A stretch of 64,000 bases of DNA from Ginglymostoma cirratum (Eukaryota): contig JAHRHZ010000077.1 of NCBI GenBank assembly GCA_024137785.1, positions 19,224,239 through 19,288,238 of the forward strand. The letters run 5' to 3'. Positions within the stretch are counted from its first letter, which is position 1. Each line of letters opens with the position of its first letter. The notes beneath the pieces were generated by a model. The model did not search any database, was not told where the DNA came from, and worked only from the letters and a program-made list of their open reading frames with translations. Below, piece by piece: positions 51,163-63,027 of the stretch. Position numbers and translations under genes: made by a program.

Positions 51163-51263
51163 ATAAAATGAAAGATGCAGTTATAGCTAAACTTGCCAAT
51201 CAGGCTGCTGATTACTATGGAGATGCCTTCAAACAGTGCCAGTTTAAGGAAAATTTGCCCAAG
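51163..51263 (+). CDS. PDCD6IP: PDCD6IP coding exon 6
   Basis: Encodes (D)KMKDAVIAKLANQAADYYGDAFKQCQFKENLPK; TACTAAC branch consensus at 51143-51149; acceptor ttgcag|AT, donor AAG|GTAAAT; 101 nt. Confidence 0.96.
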
Positions 51264-51939
51264 GTAAATTCAAACTATATATGCAGTCATGACACCAAAT
51301 TATCAATTAAATGGTGGTCAGAGTTACCAAGGTTTTGTGTGCAGAAATAAAACTGATTTCAAGGGTTTATTTGTTTTTCCCCAATTCCATAATAGTTTGT
51401 TACTCAGTTTTATGCAATTTAGCAGTGAATTTAAAACAAAAAGCATTTCAATGTGTTTTAAATCTCTTGAATCTTAGTTTTATCGTGAAAATTTCTCACT
51501 GCATCAAATCTTTTCAAAAAATACTTTAAATTGCTAAGATTTGGTTTTGCATTTCTGATAATCAAGTATGGTGATGATCACCCCTTTTTAATGGAGCAGG
51601 GTGGTGGGAGAGAAAAGATTCTCGTTGAGATAGTTAGGTCAGTCCAATACAATGTGGATTATCAGTAACAGTCTCTTGAAAAATTGGGTGGCATGACTGC
51701 AGACCATTTAATTGTTCCACTTCAACTGATAGAGTTAAGTTAACTTTCTAACTGTAATTTTGAATAACTATTTATTTTCTTCAAGGAATAAAGTTTAAAC
51801 ATTTCTACACCAAACTGGCTATTGCTGTATATTGAGTTGATGTCAAAACAGCTATTCTTGTAGATGAAATACAGGGCAAAAGCTACTGTGTCTGTGCATT
51901 TCTTTACAATGTAATTATGTAGGTGCCTCTGCTACTTGC

Positions 51940-52620
51940 CTCCTTTACCTAAACCCACCAAACCGAATCTGCTTTGAGGCACTATTCTCTTACGGTCCAA
52001 ATTTATATCTTTCACTTGTTTCTCTGCCATTTCTGCTGAAACCTCCATTGTGCTCATCGTGTTTGACAGTTTACTCCTTTGTGCTTTTTTGACTCTTTCC
52101 AGTAAAAGACTGACCACCCACATTCCCTTCCCAGCTCCTGTTGATTGAAAGGATTAACCATTCTTTTTTCACGTTCTGTCCTCTTTAAAACTTTTGCTGT
52201 TGACTGCCTCTGTGCAAATTGACGTACGTTTAAGCAACTCCTTGATTTTTAAATTTCACATCCTGGTTTTCAGATTCCTTCTTGGCTTCACCAGATTACT
52301 GTTATCCTGTGCACTCCTGTCATACTTCACAATCCATACTTCTGGCACGGTCTCTCTTGCATCTTTGATCTGAATGACTCTGCTATTGTTTGTCATGCCA
52401 TCAACTCACTGGGCACCCATCTCCTCCTAAAATTTCCTTCCCTAAGATCTGTGCTCTCTTTCTTAGAAGCTTATTAAAACCTACATCTTTGTCTAAGGAT
52501 TTGGCAATCTTCCCCTAGTATTCTTTGCTAGAATCATAAAATGGTAGCTCAGCATATAATTCGGTTTCATAACTTTCCTGTAAAGTGTCATGGTTTTTTG
52601 GTTTTAAAGCCACTACATAG
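51940..52620 (+). mobile_element. Old L2-like LINE fragment
   Basis: GCTGAAACC.CCAT, GATTTTTAAATT..CATCCTGGTTTTCA and TTAAAACCTAC.TCTTTG resemble L2 3' ends. Confidence 0.5.
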
Positions 52621-53289
52621 TTGTTTTTTAAAATTAATTAGATTACAGGTTAAACATAGAGTGAATATCAATAAAATTGATAATTATTTGGGCAAAGGGG
52701 CCTGTATCCTCTAGAGTAAGAAAGAAAGATGATCTTGCTGGAACACGCAAGGTTGAAAGCACTTGACATCTGGATGCAGAGAGTTTGCTTGCCTTGGCTG
52801 GAGAGTTTAGAATTCAGGGGAGTCACCTCAGGTACTCAGGTGGCCCTTTAGGAATGATATGAGGAGAAGTATCTTCACTCAGAGGATTGTGACTCTTTTG
52901 GAATTCACTAAATGCTCAAACATTAATCAATTTTTTTGATTTGAAGGATATGCAGGTTGGGAAGGAAACTAGATTTAAGCTTTGAGGTCAGCGAAGGCAA
53001 AGCAGGTTACAGGTTCTGTGGCCTACTTCTAATCGTAATGTGGTGGTGATGTTATAGTCGCAGCCAGTGTTATTACCGACATATTTAAGTTGCATTATAT
53101 GAAACATGGAAGGCTACAGAAAACACCTAGTTACAAGACATGGACCCTGTAATGACAGTTCTAGTGTAATGCTTGCCAATCAGGAAAGCTAATTAATGAA
53201 GTGTTAGGAATTGCTGATTTTAAATATCCCATAAAACAAATGTCAAAACAAGTTGAATATTAATATGCGATTGTAAATCTTTTTTATAT

Positions 53290-54560
53290 GGGTTAGTTTC
53301 CTAGAAATAGTGGATGTGTTGATGGTTATCTTTCATGGTTTTATAATCTTTCAAACAGTTCCTGTGGATTGGAGAGTAGCTAACGTAACCCCAATAATTT
53401 AAAGATTGAGAGAAGACAGTGACCTATAGACTAGTTAGTCTGACATTGGTAGAGGAAAATGCTAAGAGTCCATTTTCAAACATTTGAAAGCAGAGCACTT
53501 GGGGAAAACAATGACAGACTTGGACAGAATCACCATAGGTTAATGGAAGGGAAATCATGCTTGACAAATCGACTGGAATTTTTTAGGAGGATGTAACTAG
53601 TAGAGTTGATGAGCATAGCCACTGTTTGTGGTTTACTTGGACTTTCAGCTGACTTTGATTAGGTCCCACGTAAGAGATCAGCACATAAATTAAAGCGTAT
53701 GGAATTTGGGTAGTGTACTGAAATGAATTGAGAACTGGTTTGAAAATAGGAAACAGCAGGAAGAAATGGGTCTTTTGCCTGAGTTGCAGGAAGTAATTAG
53801 CGGGATACTGCTTGGTGCTTGGACTCAAACTATTCACATTAATAATTTAGATGTGGGACTGAATGTAATATCTCCAAGTTTGTAGATGACAGTGCTGGGT
53901 GGGAAGATTAACTGAGGCAGAGGCAGCAATGGTTCAGTGTTGTTTGGAAAAGATAAGTGAACGGGCAAATACGTGGTAGATAGAGTATAATGTGGTGATC
54001 CACTTTAATAGCGGGGAGGCAATAGATGCAATGAGACTTGGGAGTCCTTGTATGCTCATTGCTGAAAGTAAGCATGCAGGTACACCAGGCATTTTTAGCC
54101 TTCATACAAGAAAAATGAGTGTGGGAGTAGGAATATATTGCTGCAATTGTACAGGATCTTGGTGAGACAGCTTGTGATAACAAGGTGTAGAGCTGGATGA
54201 ACACAGCAGGTCAAGCAGCATCAGAGGAGCAGGAAGGCTGACGTTTCGGGCCCTTCTGAAGGAGGGTCCTTGCCCGAAACATCAGCCTTCCTGCTCTGAT
54301 GCTGCTTGGCCTGCTGTGTTCATCCAGCTCTACACCTTGTTATCTCAGATTCTCCAGCATCTGCAGTTCCTACTCTCTCTGGAGTATTGTGTATAGTTTT
54401 GGTCTCCTTACCTGAGGGAGGGTGTTCTGGCTATGAATGGATCAAAGGGTGTGGGAGAAAGTGAGAACTAGGTTTTCGGTTTGGGTGACCAGCCGTGATC
54501 ATGTTCAATGGTGGAGCAGGCTCGAAGAACCAAATAGCCTACTACTGCTTCTGTTAACTA
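53290..54560 (+). mobile_element. Degenerate CR1 LINE interrupted by a PLE hairpin
   Basis: GGAAATCATGCTTGACAAATC (KSCLTN), GTTTACTTGGACTTTCAG and TCCAAGTTTGTAGATGAC. Confidence 0.82.
54176..54380. mobile_element. Near-perfect palindromic PLE-derived element (inverted pLTRs plus ~35-nt tail)
   Basis: 54176-54251 is nearly the reverse complement of ~54272-54344, with a short spacer. Confidence 0.9.
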
Positions 54561-56196
54561 GGTTTTTATATTTCTGTCTTGGGAATGCTTTATTTATCCT
54601 TTTGTTCAACCGCATAAATGTGTTTGGAAGTGACTTGAAAAAATATGAAACTACAGTTTGGGTTTTCTCAATAGTTCTAAATGCAAATTTAGTAATTTAG
54701 TAAACATCTTAAGTTTATAAAAAGATTAATGTTAGTTGATCATGATCAGCATGTTTCAACATTGTATCTTAAGCATCAAATTTATATCTACCTAGAAGAA
54801 TTTTTAATCATGAGCTCCATAAAATGGATATTGCAGAATTGTATTTTATATATTGTCATCTAACTAATTCATTGAAAAGTGATTTCCTTTTAATTACTTC
54901 AATAATGATTTTTGCTAAGTCTTTAATTGAGGTTTTAGGACCTTAAATAAGTGAAAAACCTATTTGGTTTCATTCATTTCATGTGTGCAACTACATGGTG
55001 TTGTGTTCTGCCATTTTTGTGAGATTTCAAATAAAGTATGAACTGTTGGATTTTTCATATCTCTTCCACCTTTTTTGGTCTTTTAACTTTCTCATTACTA
55101 TTTATCTTGCAGACTAACCAACTCCCTGACCAGACTCATCTTTATGATCCCTTGAATGAGGTGTTCACTCTGTCCTGTCCCTACCTTTCTCTCTAATGTA
55201 GTGTGGACACTGCAGCCTATTGTAGTATCTACAAAACAATTCCACATGTTCACAGTTATTACAGAATGCTGTCTGGGCTAGGTTTCATTCTTTTCTGAAC
55301 TTCAGTCCACCAACAGAAAATTATTACTATGCTTGAGCAATTTACTCGCAATTTTCAATAACGTTAAAAGCTGTAACATTAAATGGAAATTCATAGCTCT
55401 GAAAATAGGCAATTAAATATTTAATGCACTTTTGAGCACTAATTCAAAACAAATCCACAGGCAGGGACTGATTGTTGTTCCTAGTTAGAATATTGTCTCA
55501 TTGCAAGAACTGGATTTGGATTAACTGAATATTGCTGAAGAGACACTTTTATCTTCCACCAATTAAAGCCCTTTCGTATTTGTTTTGACAGTTATGGTAT
55601 AAAATGATGCAGATTTCTATTTCAGTAAAAGAAAGCCAGAGTATGCAATTATCATGTTCACATTGGTTCGGCCAGAAAGTGTTCATCTGAAGCAGGAGTT
55701 TGTCTTGTTAAGATGACAGAGTAGATTTCTCCACGTGGTATATCTGAACGTAATTACTGGCTCTAAATGTTGATCGATTAACTCTGGGGTCTGAAGAACC
55801 AGCACTATTTAATTGCTGTTGAATAATTGGCTGATAAAATGAATTTCAGAACCTCTTGTTTGAAGGGATCGTACGTTAATCCTGTTTAAATAGATTGGCT
55901 GTCTCTGGTTTTAAGAATCCTATGTCAAATGTGTTTGATTACATTGAATCCAGTTTGTAGTAGGCATAGGCCTATGCCACAGAATACTACCTAATTTGGC
56001 AGAGACAGAAGAGAAGTTTAAAGACACAATCCAATCAGCCATGATGTTATTGAATGCCAGACCATACTCAAGGAGTCAAATAGTCTGCTTTTCCTGATTC
56101 CTAAGTTGATGTTAACCTTAGTATTTTTGAGGTATTCTACAGGTGATAGTTCAACTTGTGATATTAAAATATATCCATTACGTACAATATTGAACT

Positions 56197-56538
56197 GGGG
56201 TGAAACAGGGTGGCTCAGTGGTTAGCACTGCTGCCTCACAGCACCAGGGACCCGGGTTCGATTCCAGCCTTGGGCAGCTGTTTGTTTGTGTAGAGTTTGC
56301 ACGTTCTTCCCATGTCTGTGTGGGTTTCTGCTGGGTGCTCCAATGATGTGCAAGTTAGGTGGATTGGCCATGGTAAATTGTCCATAGTGTTCAGGGATGT
56401 GATGGTAAGGTGCATTAGCTATGGGAAATGCAGGAATGGGGGAGGGGGATGAGTCTGGGTGGGATGTTCTTCAGAAGGTTTATGTGGATTTGTTGGTCCA
56501 AATGGCCTGTTTCCGCACTGTAGGGATTCTATGGATTC
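56197..56538 (+). mobile_element. V-domain tRNA-SINE (HE1-like)
   Basis: TGGCTCAGTGGTTAGCACTGCTGCCTCACAGCACCAGGGACCCGGGTTCGATTCC, V-core, and tail GGGATTCTATG. Confidence 0.88.
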
Positions 56539-57428
56539 TAACTGCTAGATCTGTCTTGAATACTTTTATTTCATTAAATTTGCCTGCTCAAGTGAGTGGT
56601 ATTGTAGTTCAGAAAAAATGGTGAATTGGTAATCTGACCAGATTTTTATTGCCCAAATGATTGGCAGCAAAAAACTGTAACCTTAACTGAGGAACTTGGT
56701 TGACTTGGAAAAGTTTCCACTACTAGTGGCATGTACTGGCTTGGATTTGGTACTCTGTATTTAGACGAGGGTGAATTGTGGTGCTTGTAAGTTGCATGCA
56801 AGCAAATTGTTAAAATTAAGCTCTGAAAGCAAATGGGTCAGTTATAAAACTGAATATAAAATGTTCAAAATATTGCTGAAATTTTCTCAGGCAGATGAGT
56901 CTCAACATCTAATTCTGTCCGATGGAGACCTTAACTCAGCTCCTGCATTTGTTTCCCCATTTGAATCCCTTTTTTTGTCTTTCCTATTCTCAGTTGAGAA
57001 AAGGATAATTGACTTCAGGTTCACATCCTATTACATGATTGTATTGATTTTTTGCAACAGGTACTTGCCTGGAGTCTAATAAATAATTGGACAAGTTGTC
57101 TTGAGCGTTATGTAACTTTAAAAATGTCACTACTTTTAATAATTGGAGATTGAGCTTTTATTTTTGGTAAGTGACTCATTTGTTGCCAGAATATTAATAA
57201 ATGTGCTTTTAGCAAATAGTTTATTTTTAAAGGATACAGTTGTTTTCTTTCTTCAAAATTCAAGCCATTCATAGTCACTTGATCGCCCAACTTACATTTC
57301 AAATGATTTAATCTATCTGACTTCCTAAAAACCATTAATGTGATTCTAATTTCCTCTCTTCTCTCCTTCTCTTTCCTTCTTCCCTTGTTGTCTGTGGTTG
57401 TTTGTGGTTGGACTTCTCCCCTGGTCAG

Positions 57429-57443
57429 TATTTTTATTTCCAG
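57429..57443 (+). CDS. PDCD6IP: Alternative 15-nt 5' extension of exon 7 encoding YFYFQ
   Basis: Upstream acceptor ggtcag|TATTTTTATTTCCAG is in frame. It matches, as I recall it, the K->KYFYFQ insertion of the long human ALIX isoform. Confidence 0.8.
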
Positions 57444-57560
57444 GAGGTGCTACCTGTTCTTGCTGCAAAACATTGCATGATGCAGGCCAATGCAGAGTAT
57501 CATCAATCCGTTCTTGCTAAACAACAGAAGAAGTTTGGTGAGGAGATTTCCAGATTACAG
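57444..57560 (+). CDS. PDCD6IP: PDCD6IP coding exon 7 (short form)
   Basis: Acceptor ttccag|GAG; encodes EVLPVLAAKHCMMQANAEYHQSVLAKQQKKFGEEISRLQ; donor CAG|GTAAGT; 117 nt. Confidence 0.96.
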
Positions 57561-57614
57561 GTAAGTCTTCTCTATACACCTTAAATGCATTGTTCAGTAT
57601 CTTTTTCCCCCACC

Positions 57615-58650
57615 TTTTTTTTTAAGATAAAAAACTTTCAATGTCCCCACAAAGCACCATTATAATCCCTCACTCATATATATACACACACACACCATAA
57701 ACTCGCATATGAAATGGGTTTAGTCAGTCAAGTGAGCTGGAACCAATATTTGCAAAGATTTTGACCAAGAACTTTTTAAAAAAGATCCCCAATAGCTGCC
57801 ATCTCACACAAGTGTTGTTCTGTTTGAAGTTAACTGCCCTCTGCAGTGCACAACCTCCTGTAACCCCATTAAGAAATGTTTACCATTGAGTTTTGGTGTT
57901 TCTCTGCAATTAAAGGATACATTTCCAAGTTTGAGTGTTTTTTTTTTCATGTCTTTGCAATTAAACAAAACTCCCTATCTTTGTAAATGAGGACCCTGTT
58001 AACCATGCCATCTCATGTGACCATTCTGTATCCTTCATCTTGAACACAGAAAAAGCCATTTATGATATGTAAGAATTTTTGCTCACTACTTTCTGCATCT
58101 GACATGGGGTTGGAGGCAGGGGGACCTGTCTCACCATTCACTTCCACCAATACTTTGTAATATGATCTAGTCTTCGATCCATTCCTCTGATTGTTTTTGT
58201 ACTGTTTAGTCTGCTCAGTGACATCCTGCCTTTGCCATTGTGTTCAACAAAGTACTTTCTCTCTCTGAATGTGCTGATGCTATATGATATGGCCTTATGT
58301 TAGTTTAAGTCCAAGGGTTGAAGATCTTAATATCACCCACATGTTTGTTAGAGTTCATTTAACAAATTAAAGCCAACTGCGATCCAAATGTCACCACAGG
58401 GATCTTTTATCCATTGCCACTGTCCTTTCGTGGCCTTCAACAAATGCAAAGAACTCATGGCCTTGGTTGTCAATGAGATCGTCTATTCATTGCCTCACCT
58501 TCCCCTGTCCATACCCACAATGCATGCCAACATTCCTATAATCTTTGCTTGAATATTTCTTAGTTTATCGCCTGTCTTCTCCAGTGCCTTGTTTTAACTT
58601 GTCCAATGCATTTCCCTTCTAAATGTTTTCCTTATTTATCAGGAGAGGAG
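57615..58650 (-). mobile_element. Possible very old L1-like 3' fragment
   Basis: T-run at ~57614 and weak resemblance to L1 ORF2 C-terminal sequence; not translated reliably. Confidence 0.3.

Positions 58651-58653
<3 letters not shown>

Positions 58654-58681
<28 letters not shown>
58654..58681. repeat. Poly(T) tract, 28 nt
   Basis: Direct reading. Confidence 0.9.
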
Positions 58682-59594
58682 CAAATTCCACAAGGAAATC
58701 TTGGGATGTATTTTGCATCCCTGTTGTAATATTTGGGTTGCACTTTACAAGGGCAATACAGATATTTTGTGCATTAAGTTGTGTCTGCTATTTGACATCT
58801 TTGAAGTCCTCCTTAATTATTCTGCTGGAATTTTTTGGGGGGGCCCCATTATACACTTCTTTAGTCAACTACTCATTTTTGCTTCCTTTCAGCTGATTAC
58901 GTATTCCCATTTACATAGTCCTTTTACTATCAGGCACATTTATTTTGTGAATAGATATTCTACGTGGCATTTTATCATATGCCTTTAAAAATTGAAATTT
59001 CCACCTACTGCAAAATCATCAATCCTCTCCATTGCTTTATCAAATTAATTTTTAAAAATTCATCAATCACAAATTGCCTTTAACAAGTTTGTGCTGGCTT
59101 TTCCTTACTAATCGGTGTTCTCGAAGTGAAAATTCTTCTATGGACAGTAATCTCTGGTAGTTTCCAATGATGGCATTATGCTGATTGGCATCTGGTTACC
59201 AGGTTTACCCTTTTTGCTTTCTGCACGTAACAGTGCCCATTTTCAGACCTCAGTCATAATTGTAATATCCAAAGAAGATTAAATATTGTGGCCAGAGCTT
59301 CTGCCGTCTCAGTCTTGCTTCCCTCCCCAACCTAGAATGCCTGTCATTTTGAAACATGAGTGCACTGTCAGAAGATCAGTGGGGTTTGTTTAAAAAAAAA
59401 ATTGTACCATGAAGCCTGAATGAGGTCCAGATCACTTGAACCTATGTCTCATCTGAAGTCTGGTAGCACATTTTCCTCTGTATCTGACCAGACTAACCAT
59501 CTGGTGAATAGAAGGAGATTGCTATGGCAATGCAAAGTACAGTTTTCTGGAGTTAAGTGGGGTTTTGTGAGAGAGCAGAATTGGAAAACGGTCA

Positions 59595-60130
59595 TGAATT
59601 AGGTGGATTGGCAATGCTAAATTGCCCCCTAGTATCCAGGGATGTGCAGGTTAGGTGGATTAGCTATTGTAAATGAAGGGTTGTGGGGATTGGTCTCGAT
59701 GGAATCCTCTTTAGAGAGTCACTGCAGACTTGATGAACTGAATGGCCTCTTTCCACACTCTAAGGAGTCAGTGATTCTATGATCATCGTGTGTTATTGCA
59801 CCATTAAACAAATTCACATTTATAAAAAGGAAATAAAGGGGGTGGCACTATGGTGAGCATTGCTGCCTTGCAGCATCTATGATCTGGGTTTGATTCCAGC
59901 ATTGGGTGACTGTGTGGAGTTGGCATGATATCCCTGTGTCTGTGTTGGTTTCCACCAGGTGCTGTGGTTTCTTGCCACACTCCAAAGATACGTGAAAATT
60001 AGATGAATTGGCCATGGTCGTTGTAGGGTTATGGAAATTGGGTGGGGGTGTGTCTGGGTGGGACGTCCTTCATAGCGTCGGTGCAGATTCACTGGGCTGA
60101 ATGGTCTACATGTGCATTGTAGGGACTATG
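59595..60130 (+). mobile_element. Two V-SINE copies (3' half at ~59595-59780; degenerate full copy at ~59838-60130)
   Basis: AGGTGGATTGGC..TGCTAAATTGCCCC; tRNA head plus CTGTGTGGAGTTGGCA core. Confidence 0.78.
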
Positions 60131-60277
60131 AAATAAAAAGGAGTTCTAAAGAAACTCAGCAGGTCTAGTAGCATCTATGGAAAGAGAAACAGTATTTCTA
60201 GTCAGGTACAACTGTTCTTCAAACACTTCTTTAAAATTTTAGGAGATGATTGAATTGTGTGCTGTGATGGATGGATG

Positions 60278-61492
60278 TTGTAATCTTTGAGCAAGTTCAA
60301 AATGTGGTTCAGAAGGGATAACTGGCTTCATAAATATGGGCAAGGAATTAATTGCCAAACATTCATTAAATCATTGGTCAGGCCTCAGGTGGAGTACTGG
60401 GCATTTTCTCAACTTCATACAATTCCTTTTTGGATCTAATACTATCCTTAATTTATTTTGCTCACCATGGGCAGACTATTATTCCTGTTGTGTTCTTTCA
60501 CCCAAAAGGCATGTGTAACTGCTGCAATGCAGTTTTTAGTTCCTTAAATATTTACCTTTGCCTATCCACTATCATACAATTTAATATTGGTTACCAAGTT
60601 TATCATAAGCAACTCATCCCTCATTGCTTTATCATTTCCTTCAGACAGATTTAGACCTCTAGCTTTGGATTAGATTATTTCACTTTCTAACCCAATGAAG
60701 AATACTAACATGTCATGATCACTTTTTCCTAAAGGACCTCTCACAACTACAGTATTAATTAACATTTTTCATTCCACAAACCAAATCTATGCTCTTCAAA
60801 GTACTAGTCTTAAAAATCCATCTTGTGCACACACCAGGACTTCATCTGCCACAGTACTGTTGCTAATGCAATTTGCCCAGTCTATGCATAGGTTAAAATC
60901 ACTCATGATTATTGAAACATGCTTGTTGCGTGCATTTTTAACATTCCGTCCAATCCCATCTCCTACCTCACCTGGCACCTTCCCAGAATTAGTGCCAAAG
61001 TCTAAAGAATCAGAATCACTCTTTCTGACACTATTCCTCCAGCCATACATCCATCTAGTCTATTCTTCTTTAACTGATATCATTGGCAAATCCCTTCAGC
61101 TAACTGGTACGTTATCTGTGGCAGTGTCTCAACCAAAATCAAGTTGCTAACCAATGGGCACATTCTTCTTGCGTACCTTAAAGCATTGTTCACTTGTGAA
61201 CAGTTTTAAGGAGTTATAAAGCAAAAAGCTGAGAAAGTCTCCCTTTGTCAGCAATACTCAATTTCTTTCATCTTTCCACGTAACTAAATTTCTTCTTCCA
61301 TATCATCCTGGTATTTCTTCAGCACGTTCGCTGAAGCCTTAACATCGTTCCCAAATCCCAAAATTTTCAACAGTACTCCACCTGAGGCCTGACCAATGAT
61401 TTAATGAATGTTTGGCAATTAATTCCTCGCCCATATTTATGAAGCCAATTATCCCTTCTGAACGACATTTTGAACTTGCTCAAAGATTACAA
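60278..61492. repeat. 122-bp inverted duplication (60278-60399 and 61371-61492) bracketing an inverted segment
   Basis: Arms are reverse complements with about 3 mismatches by eye. Confidence 0.92.
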
Positions 61493-62060
61493 AGTTAGGG
61501 CTATGAGCAGCTTAGAATTCAACAAGAGAAGACATTAGTGCATGAGAGTAAACCTGCAAGGAAGATATAAACTGACTGTAAGGAACTATGTAAAAAAGGA
61601 AAAGATTAACCAAGCCAAATGTAGGTCCTTACAGGAGATTGATAATGGAGAACCAGGAAACGGAACAGAAGAAAGTAGCAGAAACTTCCCAGAAGTGCTA
61701 GGGAAGCAAGGGTCTTTTGGGAAGGAACTTAGTATTTGGTTTAAAAAAGAAAGGGTTTACGAAATAAAAAGGTTTGAAAATTGATATTCCCTAGGACCTG
61801 ATGGTCTGCACCCCTGAGTAGTAAATGAGGTGGCCATGAAAACTGTGGTTGCATTATCATCTTGCGAATTTGTGTTGATTCTGGAAGGGGACAGATGTAA
61901 CTCTACCATTTTAAAAAGTAAGGGGAGAAAACCAGGAATTATAGACTGGCTGGTGTAACATCTTTGCTAAATCATAAAGAATGTGATAACAGGACATTTT
62001 GTGTGTAATATGATTGGTATTACCTCAGTCATGGATTTAATGAAGAGAAATCATATTTTA
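61493..62060 (+). mobile_element. Degenerate CR1 ORF2 fragment, continuing from the inverted piece at 60400-60935
   Basis: GAGCAGCTTAGAATTCAACAA, GAGAGTAAAC and CCTAGGACCTGATGGTCTGCACCC. Confidence 0.75.
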
Positions 62061-62069
62061 AAAATTGTA

Positions 62070-62222
62070 AAGTTGACGTTTCAGGTTGGGACCCTCCAGA
62101 AGAAGGGTCCCGACCTGAAACATCAATTTTCCTGCTCATCTGATGCTGCCTGGCCTGCTGTGTTTCACCAGTTCCACACTGTATTGTCTCTGACTCCAGC
62201 ATCTGCTGTTCTTGCTGTCTCT
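62070..62222 (+). mobile_element. PLE pLTR with a short 5' fold-back
   Basis: TTGACGTTTCAGGTTGGGACCCT..AGGGTCCCGACCTGAAACATCAA hairpin, then the pLTR body. Confidence 0.8.
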
Positions 62223-62804
62223 AACAAATCATAAAGACCATTTTTTGTATCTTTGTGTGTTGTCTTCCAAATCCATCTTTTCTCCAACCCCACGCTTGAA
62301 CTATCCAATCATAGTAGGACACCATCATAGTATTGAAGTTGACTTGTCAAAGTCATAAATTATCTGTTTCTGTTTTGCACTCCCCCTCATTTCCTCAAGT
62401 ACTTTCCAATACTCAACATGATTGATTACTCCAATTCAAAATTTGCATCATTGTTGTAAACATAGATGCTCATACACTCAGGTTAATATCTTGGGTAACA
62501 ATCCTGTTTATTGCGTGCCCAGTATATACTTTGGGTTTAATGTGAACAAATAGCAAAAGATAATGAAATAACTTTTCAGTGGTGTGTAATTAACCTTTTA
62601 TAATACACCAATTCTAAAACTAGGTTTGATGACACTGAACAATAACTTGTCAGATTGCTGTAGTTTCATTTCTTACCTTTTCTTTCTTTGAATCAAAGGT
62701 ATAAACTGTAGCCATAGTCTATAAGCATAAATTAAAAACAAAAACCTTCAAGTTTTAGCTACTCGAGAAAAATGAACTCATAGTTTTCTATTTCTATAAT
62801 TCAG

Positions 62805-63027
62805 CACGCATCTGACTTAGTGAAGACAGTTGGCTCTCGATATGATGAGTATATCAATGTGAAGGACCTGTCGGACAAAATTGCTCGTGCCTTAACTGCA
62901 GCAAAAAAGGATAATGATTTCATTTACCATGACCGTGTTCCAGATGTTAAAGACTTGGAACCCGTAGGAAAAGCCACATTGGTGAAGCCTACTCCTGTCA
63001 GTGTCCCCATGAGTCAGAAATTCACTG
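62805..63027 (+). CDS. PDCD6IP: PDCD6IP coding exon 8 (end of Bro1 domain, KKDNDFIY motif)
   Basis: Acceptor attcag|CAC; encodes HASDLVKTVGSRYDEYINVKDLSDKIARALTAAKKDNDFIYHDRVPDVKDLEPVGKATLVKPTPVSVPMSQKFT; donor G|GTAAGT; 223 nt. The Tyr of NDFIY counts to residue 319, the number of the known phospho-Tyr319 of human ALIX. Confidence 0.96.

Noticed and set aside
54176-54344. DNA-transposon MITE or miRNA gene
   Set aside because: The arms are the same pLTR that is attached to Penelope RT at 8775-8870; nothing supports a transposase TIR or a conserved miRNA.
61969-62237. AAATCATAAAGA direct repeat as the TSD of the 62070 pLTR
   Set aside because: The left copy is about 90 nt from the element edge, so it cannot be assigned confidently.
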